Positions 12,251-22,923 of a stretch of 64,000 bases of DNA are shown in pieces (positions within the stretch are counted from its first letter, which is position 1; every line of letters starts with the position of its first letter). Location of the stretch: positions 224,001-288,000 of the forward strand of contig OZ244160.1 in the NCBI GenBank assembly GCA_965216325.1, written 5' to 3'. Below the pieces are notes generated by a model. The model made no database searches and had not been told where the DNA came from. It saw only the letters and a program-made list of their open reading frames with translations. The position numbers and the translations under genes are program-made. This stretch comes from Coraliomargarita sp. (GTDB lineage Bacteria; Verrucomicrobiota; Verrucomicrobiia; Opitutales; Coraliomargaritaceae).

Positions 12251-12925
12251 TTAGTCGGTTTGGCTGAGAATTGAGAGAATCAGCACCCAGAAGCACAGCA
12301 CGATATTGAACATGAAGACCTGAAGTGCACTTGGCATGGCATAAACTACACTGACGGTCGGAATCCAGATTATCCAGTTCAGCACGATCATCATGACGAT
12401 ACGTTTCTGATAAAGTGGAGTCTTGAGTAGCTTGAGGGTCACGGGCCAGCTAAAGTCCTTGTCCATCCACGCTTTGAATACTGCGATGCAGGGCACCGCG
12501 TAGAATGCGCTGAACACAAACATATCGAAACAGACCTTTTTGACTATGGTTGCAGGCTCATTGTCCGCGCCCCAGATCACGGATTGCAGCCGATAGAAGG
12601 CATCAATCTCGGCACCTTTCCAGGCCCAAAAGAGCGTGAAGAAAAGGAAGCAGCTGAAGGCTCGGCCTGTGCTTGGGTATTCGCCTCGTAAGAGATGAAT
12701 GAGGTAGGGGATCAGGCCACCAAATAGACTGGTTGAGAGCGCAGAGAACAGGTAGCCATGTTGCTGCTTGAGTGCGCTGACTTTGTCCAAGGCCTGCTCT
12801 GCACTTGGCCAGTTGTCGTAGGCTGAGAGTAAAGCCAGTGCGACGCACCAAAGCACGAGTCCTGGCAACCAGTTGCGTTTGAAGCTGGAGACGATTAGCG
12901 TTCGAATCGATTCCTGTTTAGGCAT
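12251..12925 (-). CDS. Membrane protein (Mpv17/PMP22-like)
   Basis: TM helices; KKVCFDMFVFS and NWIIWIP..VY.MP..LQ pattern. Confidence 0.6.
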   Translation of the reverse strand: MPKQESIRTLIVSSFKRNWLPGLVLWCVALALLSAYDNWPSAEQALDKVSALKQQHGYLFSALSTSLFGGLIPYLIHLLRGEYPSTGRAFSCFLFFTLFWAWKGAEIDAFYRLQSVIWGADNEPATIVKKVCFDMFVFSAFYAVPCIAVFKAWMDKDFSWPVTLKLLKTPLYQKRIVMMIVLNWIIWIPTVSVVYAMPSALQVFMFNIVLCFWVLILSILSQTD

Positions 12926-13553
12926 TCGCCAGCTTGGCTTCAATCGCTGCCCAAACTATGGCTTCCAGAGTCTCAATGCTTTGGCTCCCATTGAGCACAA
13001 GGAAACGCTCGGGTTCGCCCTCGGCGAGAGCGAGGTAGCCACTGCGCACCGCTTGGAAGAACTCCATGGCTTCGCGTTCCATGCGGTCAAGTTGGCCGCC
13101 ACTGCGGGCTTTAACACGCTCCAGTCCGACCTCCGGGTCGAGGTCGATCAGGATCGTCAGGTCAGGCTTACAGTTGCCAACGGCAAACTGATTGACCTGG
13201 GAGACGTCTTGCGGGGCGAGTGCGCGGGCCACTCCCTGATAGACGGTCGTCGAGTCCATGAAGCGGTCGCAGAGCACGATCTTGTCTGCTGCGATTGCGG
13301 GTGCAATCAGCTCTCGGGTGATTTGCGCCCGCGCTGCCGCGAAGAGCAGTAGCTCAGATTCGGAGGACATTCCTTCGCCGGCAGGATCGTGTTGCAGTAG
13401 GTTGCGGATTGCCTCGCCGAGTGGAGTGCCACCCGGTTCACGTGTCTGGATGACTTCGTGTCCGTTTGCTTTGAGGCGTTCGGAAAGTGCACGAATCTGT
13501 GTGGATTTGCCGCAGCCTTCGCTGCCTTCGAAACTGATAAAAAGGCCAGGCAC
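12918..13553 (-). CDS. tmk: Thymidylate kinase
   Basis: FISFEGSEGCGKSTQ, TREPGGT, DRFMDST.VYQG. Confidence 0.96.
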   Translation of the reverse strand: MPGLFISFEGSEGCGKSTQIRALSERLKANGHEVIQTREPGGTPLGEAIRNLLQHDPAGEGMSSESELLLFAAARAQITRELIAPAIAADKIVLCDRFMDSTTVYQGVARALAPQDVSQVNQFAVGNCKPDLTILIDLDPEVGLERVKARSGGQLDRMEREAMEFFQAVRSGYLALAEGEPERFLVLNGSQSIETLEAIVWAAIEAKLANA

Positions 13554-13556
13554 GGT

Positions 13557-14675
<1,119 letters not shown>

Positions 14676-14823
14676 AGGTAAGTTTTCTGTGGTAGGCTGA
14701 TAGAGTCTATCAAGCAACCACTTTTATTCAATTTGCCGCTCTGGATTGATTTTATGTTGGCAGCCTTTTGAACGCTGGTTGTTAATTGCCGTCTATTTTA
14801 AGGACACCACCAAACTGACACTG

Positions 14824-15558
14824 ATGCACTTATCTTCTGTATTCGATTTTCTGCTAATTCAAGCGGCCGGCGGGCCCAATGTCTTTACCTACTTCGCTCA
14901 ATCTAATTTCGCGGGCAAAATTGTTATTCTGGTGCTCGGTGTGTGTAGCATCTTGGCTTGGACTGTGATGCTGGGCAAATACATGGACCTTTCCCGACTG
15001 CGTTCCCAGAACCAGCGTTATGAGCGCATGCTTAGCAAAGAGGCACACCTGCTCGCCCTGGAGCCATCGCGACCAGGTAAGGGCGCTGGCCCGTTTTATA
15101 ATATTATCCGCGAGGGCCTGGAGGCCTTCTTTCGCTATGGCGGTGATTTGGTCGACACGGATACGCACCGCGCAACGCTGCGTATGGGGCATGTCGAGAA
15201 TGCACTCCAGCGTGCGGTTGCTGAGCAAACGCTGCGCTACGAAGCGAAGATGGTCTTACTCGGTTCGATTGTGACTGGTGCGCCCTTTCTGGGGCTGCTC
15301 GGAACGGTCTGGGGGGTGATGGATGCCTTCGGTGGTATGGCGGGATCCGGCTCCGCGAGCTTGCAGAGTTTGGCGCCGGGTGTGTCGGGTGCCCTCTTGA
15401 CGACGGTTGCCGGCCTGGTGGTGGCGATCCCTTCGGTGTTTGGTTACAACTACTTATTGCAGCAGACGAAGATTGCCGTGGTTGAGTTGGAAAATTTTGC
15501 GAGCACGGCCGCGGATCGTATCGAACTCGAAGCACAAGCCGCCGCAGTTGCGGAATAA
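14824..15558 (+). CDS. MotA/TolQ/ExbB proton channel protein
   Basis: APFLGLLGTVWGVM, APGVSGALLTT.AGL.VAIP. Confidence 0.93.
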   Translation: MHLSSVFDFLLIQAAGGPNVFTYFAQSNFAGKIVILVLGVCSILAWTVMLGKYMDLSRLRSQNQRYERMLSKEAHLLALEPSRPGKGAGPFYNIIREGLEAFFRYGGDLVDTDTHRATLRMGHVENALQRAVAEQTLRYEAKMVLLGSIVTGAPFLGLLGTVWGVMDAFGGMAGSGSASLQSLAPGVSGALLTTVAGLVVAIPSVFGYNYLLQQTKIAVVELENFASTAADRIELEAQAAAVAE

Positions 15559-15589
15559 CTCTCACTGTCACCATCACTTTCACTTCACT

Positions 15590-16003
15590 GTGGCTCGTAA
15601 ATTTCATCGTAAGAACCGGCTCGACGCGCTCACGGAGATTAACGTGACGCCGTTGATCGACTTGGCCTTTGCCTTGTTGATTATCTTCATGATTACAACG
15701 CCGTTATTGGAGCAAACGATCCCTGTGGACCTGCCGGTCGAAACGGCCTCGGCTCAGCCGCAGGATCGTGAGGAGTTCCTCTCTGTTTCCATTGATAAAG
15801 AGGGGCGTTATGCTTGGGGCGACGAATACGTGACGGTTACTCAATTACAGGATTATCTCGATGTCCTTGCCGCCAATCCGGATCCACCGGTGCTGAGTAT
15901 TCGAGCGGACGGGGCGCTTCCCTATCAGGAGGTGGTCACGGTGATGGATATGATCAAGCAGCGTAAAATTTCTAAAATCAGCCTCGATACCAAGGCCGAG
16001 TAG
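15590..16003 (+). CDS. ExbD/TolR protein
   Basis: EINVTPLIDLAFALLIIFMITTP; IRAD; GTG start. Confidence 0.93.
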   Translation: MARKFHRKNRLDALTEINVTPLIDLAFALLIIFMITTPLLEQTIPVDLPVETASAQPQDREEFLSVSIDKEGRYAWGDEYVTVTQLQDYLDVLAANPDPPVLSIRADGALPYQEVVTVMDMIKQRKISKISLDTKAE

Positions 16004-16009
16004 CACTCC

Positions 16010-16780
16010 ATGAAACTTCCCAAAGATCAGCCGTTTTGGACCTCCGTCATCTTGCATGGCGCGGTCTTGTTGGCGCTGTTCTTGGCCACGATTATTGAAT
16101 ATTTTCGTCCGGATGAGGAAGCAGTGCATGTCTTTGAAATGGTCAGTGACGTTGCGCCGTCGCCGAGCCAATCACAGTCGGTGACGAGTGCAGAGCCACC
16201 GCCGCCGGATATTCAGATGCCGGATTTGGCCCCAGTGCCGGTCGTGCCAGACGTGCACGTGCCGCCTCCGCAGGTTACGCCACCGCCGACACCTCCACCT
16301 GCGCCGACTCCGCCAACACCGAAACCGAAGAAACCTCAAATGATGAGTTATGAGGAGTTCTTGAAGCACAATAAGATTCGTGAGCCGCGCCAGCAACAGC
16401 GTCCCTCGAGGTCAGTAACGACTGCTCCAACGATTTCGATTCCACAAGTGGATGTGCCAACCATCACGCACTCAGCTCAATCCTCGCGACCAACTGCGGC
16501 GCAGGTGTCGGCATTGAATAACTACAACATGCAGCTGCGTAATCGCTTGATGCAGGCCTGGCGTAAGCCGACGAACTTGGGTGGTCTAGAGCTGCGTGTG
16601 AATGTGAGTTTCTATGTGTCCGCGAGTGGGCACATCAGTAAGGTGAAGCTGAACCCGCCGACTGGGAATGCGACTTTCGATCAGTCGGTCTTGTCTGCCT
16701 TTCGTGCGATGGGGAGTGCGGGCCCGACCCCGACGGGGCAGGGATTTAGTTCCAGTATCAATTTCCGGATGGAGCTTTAG
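16010..16780 (+). CDS. TolA/TonB-like energy transducer
   Basis: N-terminal TM with S..LH, Pro-rich linker, C-terminal GNATFDQSV. Confidence 0.85.
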   Translation: MKLPKDQPFWTSVILHGAVLLALFLATIIEYFRPDEEAVHVFEMVSDVAPSPSQSQSVTSAEPPPPDIQMPDLAPVPVVPDVHVPPPQVTPPPTPPPAPTPPTPKPKKPQMMSYEEFLKHNKIREPRQQQRPSRSVTTAPTISIPQVDVPTITHSAQSSRPTAAQVSALNNYNMQLRNRLMQAWRKPTNLGGLELRVNVSFYVSASGHISKVKLNPPTGNATFDQSVLSAFRAMGSAGPTPTGQGFSSSINFRMEL

Positions 16781-16799
16781 TTCGGCGGAGGACTTCGGG

Positions 16800-16895
16800 A
16801 GTAGGGCCTTTGCTTGCAAAGTGCCGCGAGTCACAGCTGGTCTTGGAGAGGCATCGTGCACCCAAAGGGTATTTTTCGCCAGCACGAGCCCTACT
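16800..16895. repeat. Degenerate GTAG-type REP pair
   Basis: AGTAGGGC...GCCCTACT ends; left arm resembles the 9134 arm (TGCTTGC). Confidence 0.55.
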
Positions 16896-16967
16896 GATTG
16901 GAGTGTGAATGGATTCTGATGTTCTCATTCATTGCAGGTGCGCATCCGTCTGTCTGAAATTTATTAA

Positions 16968-16987
16968 ATACCTTGACATCAAGTAAT
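16968..16987. promoter_or_regulatory. Putative MarR/MhqR operator 1
   Basis: ATACCTTGACATCAAGTAAT (CTTGA-CA-TCAAG palindrome) just upstream of the regulator. Confidence 0.6.
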
Positions 16988-17008
16988 TTGTTTGAAGGTT
17001 TCATTTAC

Positions 17009-17458
17009 ATGGCAAAGATTTATCAGAACTCCGGCACGCACTTGTTTCTGCTTTTTTGGAAGGCATCGCATGCGGTGATGGCCTACGACCAAGAGAGTAT
17101 TCAACGCTCCGGGTTCAGTTCGCTCTCGGACTTTGCGGTGCTGGAGGTGTTGTTGCATAAGGGTGCGCAGCCGGTGAATACGATCGGGGAGAAGGTGATG
17201 CTGACCAGTGGGTCGATCACGACTGCGGTGCAACGCTTGGAGAAGCGCGAACTGGTGCGCCGCGAGCGTAGCCGGGATGACGCACGTGTGGTGCTGGTGC
17301 ATCTTACGGACGCCGGCCGCGAACTGATTGAGGCGAGCTTTGCCGCACATGCTGAGCATCTGGATACTTTATTCGAGAGCCTGGATGATGACGAGCGCGA
17401 GCAGTTTGCCGCGCTGATGCGTAAAGTTGGACACCGTGCTCAAAGCCTAAACGGCTAA
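17009..17458 (+). CDS. MarR-family regulator, MhqR-like
   Basis: FAVLEVLLHKG.QP...IG.K..L.SGSIT..V.RLEK; D.R wing. Confidence 0.9.
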   Translation: MAKIYQNSGTHLFLLFWKASHAVMAYDQESIQRSGFSSLSDFAVLEVLLHKGAQPVNTIGEKVMLTSGSITTAVQRLEKRELVRRERSRDDARVVLVHLTDAGRELIEASFAAHAEHLDTLFESLDDDEREQFAALMRKVGHRAQSLNG

Positions 17459-17471
17459 TCATTTTAACTAT

Positions 17472-17491
17472 ATATCTTGATGTAGAGATAT
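17472..17491. promoter_or_regulatory. Putative MarR/MhqR operator 2
   Basis: ATATCTTGATGTAGAGATAT; related to operator 1, upstream of the DoxX gene. Confidence 0.6.
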
Positions 17492-17519
17492 TAATTCAAA
17501 GACGAACGAAAACCCACCA

Positions 17520-17954
17520 ATGAAAATCAAAAAAATCCTCCTCAATACGACATCGACCTATGCCACAGTGCCGCTCCGCTTTGGGGTGGGCATTGTGATG
17601 GCTGCGCATGGTGCGCAAAAGCTCTTCGGCTGGTTCGGCGGACACGGCTTGCCGGGCACTGCAAAGTTCTTTTCAGAGAATCTCGGTCTTGAGCCCGGCT
17701 TGCTGATGGCAGCGATGGCCGGCGGCACCGAATTCTTCGGCGGTCTGCTGCTCCTTGTGGGGCTGCTAACGCGTCCAGCTGCCGCTGCGATCGCCTTTAC
17801 CATGGCGGTTGCGATTGTCACTGCGAAGATGGGGGCCTTCTTCGCTTCGAATAATGGTATGGAGTATCCGCTGACCTTGCTGCTGGCGAGTCTCAGTCTG
17901 GCTATGCTTGGCGGGGGTGCCTTCTCAGTGGATCGCAAGCTCAGCCAATCTTAA
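17520..17954 (+). CDS. DoxX-family membrane protein
   Basis: HGAQKLFGWFGG, EFFGG, G.EY..LL, GGGAFSVD. Confidence 0.92.
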   Translation: MKIKKILLNTTSTYATVPLRFGVGIVMAAHGAQKLFGWFGGHGLPGTAKFFSENLGLEPGLLMAAMAGGTEFFGGLLLLVGLLTRPAAAAIAFTMAVAIVTAKMGAFFASNNGMEYPLTLLLASLSLAMLGGGAFSVDRKLSQS

Positions 17955-17960
17955 TCTCAA

Positions 17961-18051
17961 AGGTAGCGCAGCACCGTCCTCGGTGCGCAAGATCCCGCCG
18001 ATTTAGAACCGTTTTTCAGTTCATGCGGCGCGAGACGCGCCAGCGCTACCT
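17961..18051. repeat. GTAG-type REP-like inverted pair
   Basis: AGGTAGCGC...GCGCTACCT with internal hairpins. Confidence 0.6.
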
Positions 18052-18078
18052 GTGGACAATACTAGTAACAGTAAGGTG

Positions 18079-18801
18079 ATGACTATGTTCAAACAGATCA
18101 CGCGTGCGCAGGAACGGATGCGCACACAAATCGGCTGGCTCGATGGCTGGCATAGTTTTTCTTTTGGCGGCCATTATGATCCGGATCGTATGGGATTTGG
18201 GGCACTGCGTGTGGTCAACGACGACCGTATTGCGCCGGGTGGCGGTTTTGCTCCGCACCCACATGCAGACATGGAGATCGTGACGCTTGTGCTTGAAGGG
18301 CAAGTCGAGCACAAGGATAGCATGGGCAACGGTCGTGTGATCAACACGGGCGAAGTGCAATACATGAGTGCCGGCAGCGGGGTCACGCACAGTGAGTTTA
18401 ACCCCTCTCAAGCGCAGCCGACCCATCTGATGCAAATCTGGATCGAGCCGAATGCGAAAGGGCTTGAGCCACGCTATGCGGATCAGCCGATCATCGGGGA
18501 GGCCGACAACGAATGGAAGTTGATCCTCTCTGCCGACGGGCGTGATGATTCGATTGCGATCCGGCAGGATGCAGAGTTGCGCACGGTCCAGTTAAGTGAC
18601 GGCGCTAGCTTGAGTTATGCAGCCAAGGGCGAGGAAAGAGGGCTTTGGCTCTTTGTGATCGAAGGTGAAGTCTCAGTCGATGGTGAGACGCTCTCGACCG
18701 CCGACTCATTGGCACTCTCTGGCGTAGAGGAGTTAGAGGTCGTCAATCGCAGTGGCGGGCCCGCCAAGGTCCTGCTTTTTGATGTCCCATTTGAAGTATA
18801 A
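18079..18801 (+). CDS. Pirin-family protein
   Basis: HSFSFG.YDP, HPHADMEI, HKDSMGN, MSAGSGVTHSE. Confidence 0.94.
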   Translation: MTMFKQITRAQERMRTQIGWLDGWHSFSFGGHYDPDRMGFGALRVVNDDRIAPGGGFAPHPHADMEIVTLVLEGQVEHKDSMGNGRVINTGEVQYMSAGSGVTHSEFNPSQAQPTHLMQIWIEPNAKGLEPRYADQPIIGEADNEWKLILSADGRDDSIAIRQDAELRTVQLSDGASLSYAAKGEERGLWLFVIEGEVSVDGETLSTADSLALSGVEELEVVNRSGGPAKVLLFDVPFEV

Positions 18802-18860
18802 TAAAACGCTAGTAAACTCGACTGATCACTGGCTCAAAGGCCACGACTTAAAAAACTATC

Positions 18861-19463
18861 ATGAACGTAACCGAAGCTATCGAAAATCGCCGCTCTGTAA
18901 AACACTACGATGCGGATCACACCATGCCCGAGGCAGACCTTGCAGAGCTCATTCGTTTGACGAAGCTCGCGCCGTCCTCGTTTAACATGCAGAACTACCG
19001 TCTGCTCGTCATCCGTGATAAGGAATTACGCCAGCAGATTCGCGCAGTTGCCTGGGATCAGGCACAGGTCACTGATGCGAGCGTGCTCTTTATTATCTGT
19101 GCCGATCTCAATGCGCACAACGAAGATCCGGCACTGTATTGGTCGCACGCACCGCAGGAAGTGCAGGATATCCTTGGCCCAATGATCAAGCCGTTCTACG
19201 AGGGCAATGATCGGCTAATCCGCGATGAAGGTATCCGCTCTTCTGCCTTGGCTGGCATGACCCTGATGCTGGCCGCGAAAGAACTCGGTTACGACTCTTG
19301 CCCGATGATTGGCTTCGATGGCGAGAAAGTCGCTGAGCTCGTGAATCTGCCCGAGAACTATGCGCTGAGCTTCATGATTCCGGTAGGGAAGGAGTCGAAA
19401 CCGGCCTGGGATCGGGGAGCTCGGTTGTCGGACGATATTGTCGTGACTTACGATCGCTTTTGA
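18861..19463 (+). CDS. Nitroreductase family protein
   Basis: RRSVKHY, APSSFNMQ, GYDSCPMIGFD. Confidence 0.93.
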   Translation: MNVTEAIENRRSVKHYDADHTMPEADLAELIRLTKLAPSSFNMQNYRLLVIRDKELRQQIRAVAWDQAQVTDASVLFIICADLNAHNEDPALYWSHAPQEVQDILGPMIKPFYEGNDRLIRDEGIRSSALAGMTLMLAAKELGYDSCPMIGFDGEKVAELVNLPENYALSFMIPVGKESKPAWDRGARLSDDIVVTYDRF

Positions 19464-19478
19464 TTCTAACGCTTTAGC

Positions 19479-20450
19479 TTATTCGGCGAAATCCTGCAGC
19501 ATGTTTAGATAGCCTGCGTAGAAACAGATGATCGTGTAGGCGACCATGCATGCGACGAGTGCGAATAAAATACTGGGGTAGGTGGCAGCTGCAATGGTCA
19601 ACGCGCGGTTGGCCTTACCCTGGTATTGTTCGCCAATGGTTTTGAGGCTTTCGTCGAGTTTACCGGTTTGTGCGCCGGTTTGATAGTATGCGCAGAAATC
19701 AGCAGGAAAGCATTTGAGTTTTTGAAGTTGTGTGCCGGGGTCGTCGCCCGCGTCGAAGGTGGGCTGTAGGTTTCGGTAGGCACGTTTGAATTCCGACGCG
19801 TTGGTGATGTCCGTCGCATATTGCCAAGCACGTTGGATGGGCAGGCCCGTTTCGACAAAGGTGCCTAGACTGTTTGCCAAGTCCGCAACCGCTTGTGTTT
19901 TACTGTATTTGCGTAGCAGTGGCACACAGCGGATCAGCCTTGGAAGCAAGGGGCTTTCGATTTTTGCCATGACAACGACTAGCCCGATCAATGCCCATAG
20001 AGGCACCAGTAGCGACAGCACCTGCAGTCCCATCAGTGATGGATTGAGGCTGCTCAGGCCCGATTCGTAGTCGAGGTTTTGCATGAAGACCAAGACGACG
20101 GCGGCAAAATGGAAGACGCCCAAGGGATAGAGGGTGCTAAAGACAACCTTTCGCTGGATGTCAGCGATACGCTGGTGGCGGGTGTGCAGATTGAAAAAGG
20201 TCTGTGGCAGGCGCCCGCTGTCTGCCGCAGCGATGATAAAGATACGATCTGCTCGTGGGAGCCATCCGGGTGCATTGGTAATGACTGTGGCAATCGTTTC
20301 GCCCGCATGGAGTTGTTCGGTGAGTTTGCGACGTCCGCTGGCTGGTGGGCCTGAGGCGCACTCGATCGCTTCGGCGAGGGGAATGCCGGCTTCCATATGC
20401 TGCGCCAATTGCAGATACCAGTTGGCGAGCGTTTTGTGTGAGGCGGGCAT
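19479..20450 (-). CDS. Type II secretion F / PilC-family membrane protein
   Basis: Two T2SSF-like repeats (AGIPL..A; SGRL; TGKLD; YP before TM). Confidence 0.8.
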   Translation of the reverse strand: MPASHKTLANWYLQLAQHMEAGIPLAEAIECASGPPASGRRKLTEQLHAGETIATVITNAPGWLPRADRIFIIAAADSGRLPQTFFNLHTRHQRIADIQRKVVFSTLYPLGVFHFAAVVLVFMQNLDYESGLSSLNPSLMGLQVLSLLVPLWALIGLVVVMAKIESPLLPRLIRCVPLLRKYSKTQAVADLANSLGTFVETGLPIQRAWQYATDITNASEFKRAYRNLQPTFDAGDDPGTQLQKLKCFPADFCAYYQTGAQTGKLDESLKTIGEQYQGKANRALTIAAATYPSILFALVACMVAYTIICFYAGYLNMLQDFAE

Positions 20451-20466
20451 GGAGGATTGATTGAGT

Positions 20467-20532
20467 CGGAGGGTGGACACGCTTGTCCACCATGCGGGGC
20501 GTGTGGGGCAGGACAAGAGTGTCCTGCCTCCG
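20467..20532. repeat. REP-like inverted pair (GGAG type)
   Basis: CGGAGGGTGGACACGCTTGTCC...GGACAAGAGTGTCCTGCCTCCG, 19/22 complementary. Confidence 0.7.
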
Positions 20533-20613
20533 GAGGATAAGCATGAAACTGCCTTGCAAGCTTGTTCTCAAGGGCAAAGCATACAGCTTTGTCATTAACC
20601 CAACGTAGATACC

Positions 20614-22362
20614 TTGAGTCTGGAAAATAGTAGCCCGTTCGATGCCGTTGCCTGTTCCAATGTGAATAGTGCATGGGGCGCAGTGACGATGGAGGTCTTG
20701 GCACGCTTAGGTGTGCAAACAGTCGTTGTTTCGCCGGGGTCGCGCTCAACGCCACTCACCATCGCAGCTGCACGTAATCCGAAGCTTGAGGCCATTCCTG
20801 TCTTGGATGAGCGGACTGCAGCTTTCTATGCGCTTGGTATCGCGAAGCGCACGCACCGCCCAGTCGTGTTAGTCTGCACTTCGGGCTCGGCTGCTGCAAA
20901 TTACTTCCCGGCAGTTGTGGAAGCTTCACTGAGCGCAACTCCCTTGCTGGTGTTGACTGCAGATCGGCCGCCGGAACTACGCGCATGCGCTTCGGGGCAA
21001 ACGATCGACCAGCTGAAATTGTTTGGCGAGTATGTCCGCAGCTTTACAGAACTGGCTTTGCCAGAGGCGCGTCCCGACATGTTGGCCTATTTGCGCCAAA
21101 CGCTGGTGCATGCGGTCAATCGCAGCTTAACCGGCGAGCCCGGTCCAGTGCATTTGAATTTTCCGTTCCGCGATCCATTGCATCCAACCGCAGATGGAGG
21201 GGGCGTCGTGGATGCCGCGACACTCGAAGCTGCTGCAACCGTGCAAACGCGTCGTTGTGAAGCAGTGCCGTTTAGCGGGGGCATTGATTCGATTGCAGTG
21301 GAACGTTTGAGCAGTCATCGCAAGGGCTTGATTATCGTCGGTGATGTGAATCCTGAAGACGGTGATGAGAGCTTTGCCGATGCGGTGGCGATGCTCTCGG
21401 AGAAGCTCGGTTGGCCCGTGTTGAGTGACGTGCTCAACCCCTTAAGGGGGCACGCGCGTGAGACGCGTGCATTGGTGACGCGCTATGATGCAATTCTCCG
21501 TGATGAAGCGAGTGCTGAAGATCTAGAACCGACCGCAGTGCTGCAAATCGGGCCTTTGCCGACCAGTAAGGTGCTACGCAAGTGGCTGGGGCAACTCGAT
21601 GCGGTTGCGTTCTTATTATCCGAATATCCGAGTAACACCGATCCATTGCACCGTGTTGCGACTCCATTGATTGGCTCTGCGCACTCTTTGGCTGAAGTCG
21701 TCGGCCATCTGCAGCCTGAAGAGGGCTGGGTCGAGACGTGGGTCGCCCGCGAGTGGCATGTCTCTGGACGTATTGATGATGCGATGGAGTCCATGCATGG
21801 CTTGTTCGAGGGGAAGGTCGCATGGATGCTCTCGCAGAAGTTGCCAGTGGGCAGCTCGGTCTTTCTGGCGAGTAGTATGAGTGTGCGTTATGCGGAGTGG
21901 TTCTGGTCGGCGGGGAGCCGTGCCTGTTCGATCTATGCGAACCGTGGAGCTAATGGTATAGATGGCACACTCGGCACGGCTATGGGTGTTGCGCATGGTG
22001 GTCAGCCAGCCGTTCTGCTCACAGGGGATCTTGCGTTCTTGCATGACAGTAATGCTCTGATGGCGGCCCAACAGTTGGATGGCAGCTTAACCGTGATTTG
22101 TATTAACAATAATGGTGGGGGCATCTTCGAGCACCTGCCGGTTGCGCAGGCGAGTCTAGAGTTCGAGGACTACTTTGCGACACCGCAAACGGTGGACCTT
22201 GCGCAGTTGTGTGCGGCGCATGAAGTCTCGCACACTTGTATCCATGATTGGGATACATTTTCGGAAGCCGTTTCACGCCTGCCGGATCGTGGCGTGCGCG
22301 TTTTGGAACTGCAGACCGACCGCAAAGCCGATCGTGCAACTTTGAAGGCCCTGTTGGGATAG
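20614..22362 (+). CDS. menD: SEPHCHC synthase
   Basis: SPGSRSTPL, DERTAAFYALG, TADRPPEL, NRGANGIDG, GDLAFLHD..NNNGGGIF. Confidence 0.96.
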   Translation: MSLENSSPFDAVACSNVNSAWGAVTMEVLARLGVQTVVVSPGSRSTPLTIAAARNPKLEAIPVLDERTAAFYALGIAKRTHRPVVLVCTSGSAAANYFPAVVEASLSATPLLVLTADRPPELRACASGQTIDQLKLFGEYVRSFTELALPEARPDMLAYLRQTLVHAVNRSLTGEPGPVHLNFPFRDPLHPTADGGGVVDAATLEAAATVQTRRCEAVPFSGGIDSIAVERLSSHRKGLIIVGDVNPEDGDESFADAVAMLSEKLGWPVLSDVLNPLRGHARETRALVTRYDAILRDEASAEDLEPTAVLQIGPLPTSKVLRKWLGQLDAVAFLLSEYPSNTDPLHRVATPLIGSAHSLAEVVGHLQPEEGWVETWVAREWHVSGRIDDAMESMHGLFEGKVAWMLSQKLPVGSSVFLASSMSVRYAEWFWSAGSRACSIYANRGANGIDGTLGTAMGVAHGGQPAVLLTGDLAFLHDSNALMAAQQLDGSLTVICINNNGGGIFEHLPVAQASLEFEDYFATPQTVDLAQLCAAHEVSHTCIHDWDTFSEAVSRLPDRGVRVLELQTDRKADRATLKALLG

Positions 22363-22861
22363 CCACAAAAAACACGAAAAAGCACAAAAAACTATCAAAC
22401 TGAGGTTGTGCTAATCCTGGACGTATTTCTTGATGTATAGTTTGGGTGCGCCGAAATTGATAAGCAGACCATCGTGTATGCGGGCAGATTTCAGATAGCC
22501 AAGTATTTGAGCGACATGGTCCTCTGAGACTGAGCGAGTGGCTTTCAGCTCAACAATGATACGGCCTTCTACGAATAGGTCGGCGAAATACTCTCCGATA
22601 ACTGTTCCATCCTCATCGTAAACAGTCAGTGGGTGTTGCTGGATGACTTCTAGCCCTGCCTTTTGTAAGCGATGACACAGCGCGTTTTCATAGACTTTCT
22701 CCAGATGTCCATTGCGGTGATATTTGTGGATCGCGAAACTGGTTTCGCGGATGAGGTCGCAGAGTTCGTTGATTTGTTTCATGGAACTAACGTTACTAAT
22801 GGGGGTTCTTTATATTTCAAACGTCAGCAGAGTTTTTGTGCCTTTTGGTGTTTTTTGTGGC
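22362..22861. mobile_element. 500-bp cassette: GxxExxY gene within terminal inverted repeats
   Basis: GCCACAAAAAACACGAAAAAGCACAAAAA (from 22362) vs reverse complement of 22833-22861, 27/29 identical. Confidence 0.65.
22411..22782 (-). CDS. GxxExxY protein (PD-(D/E)XK nuclease-like)
   Basis: [39 protein letters not shown]. Confidence 0.93.
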   Translation of the reverse strand: MKQINELCDLIRETSFAIHKYHRNGHLEKVYENALCHRLQKAGLEVIQQHPLTVYDEDGTVIGEYFADLFVEGRIIVELKATRSVSEDHVAQILGYLKSARIHDGLLINFGAPKLYIKKYVQD

Positions 22862-22923
22862 CAATGCCCAGATCCACTTTCACTGGGTTGCTTTTCGTGA
22901 AAAACCTCTCCTTAGTAGCTCCT

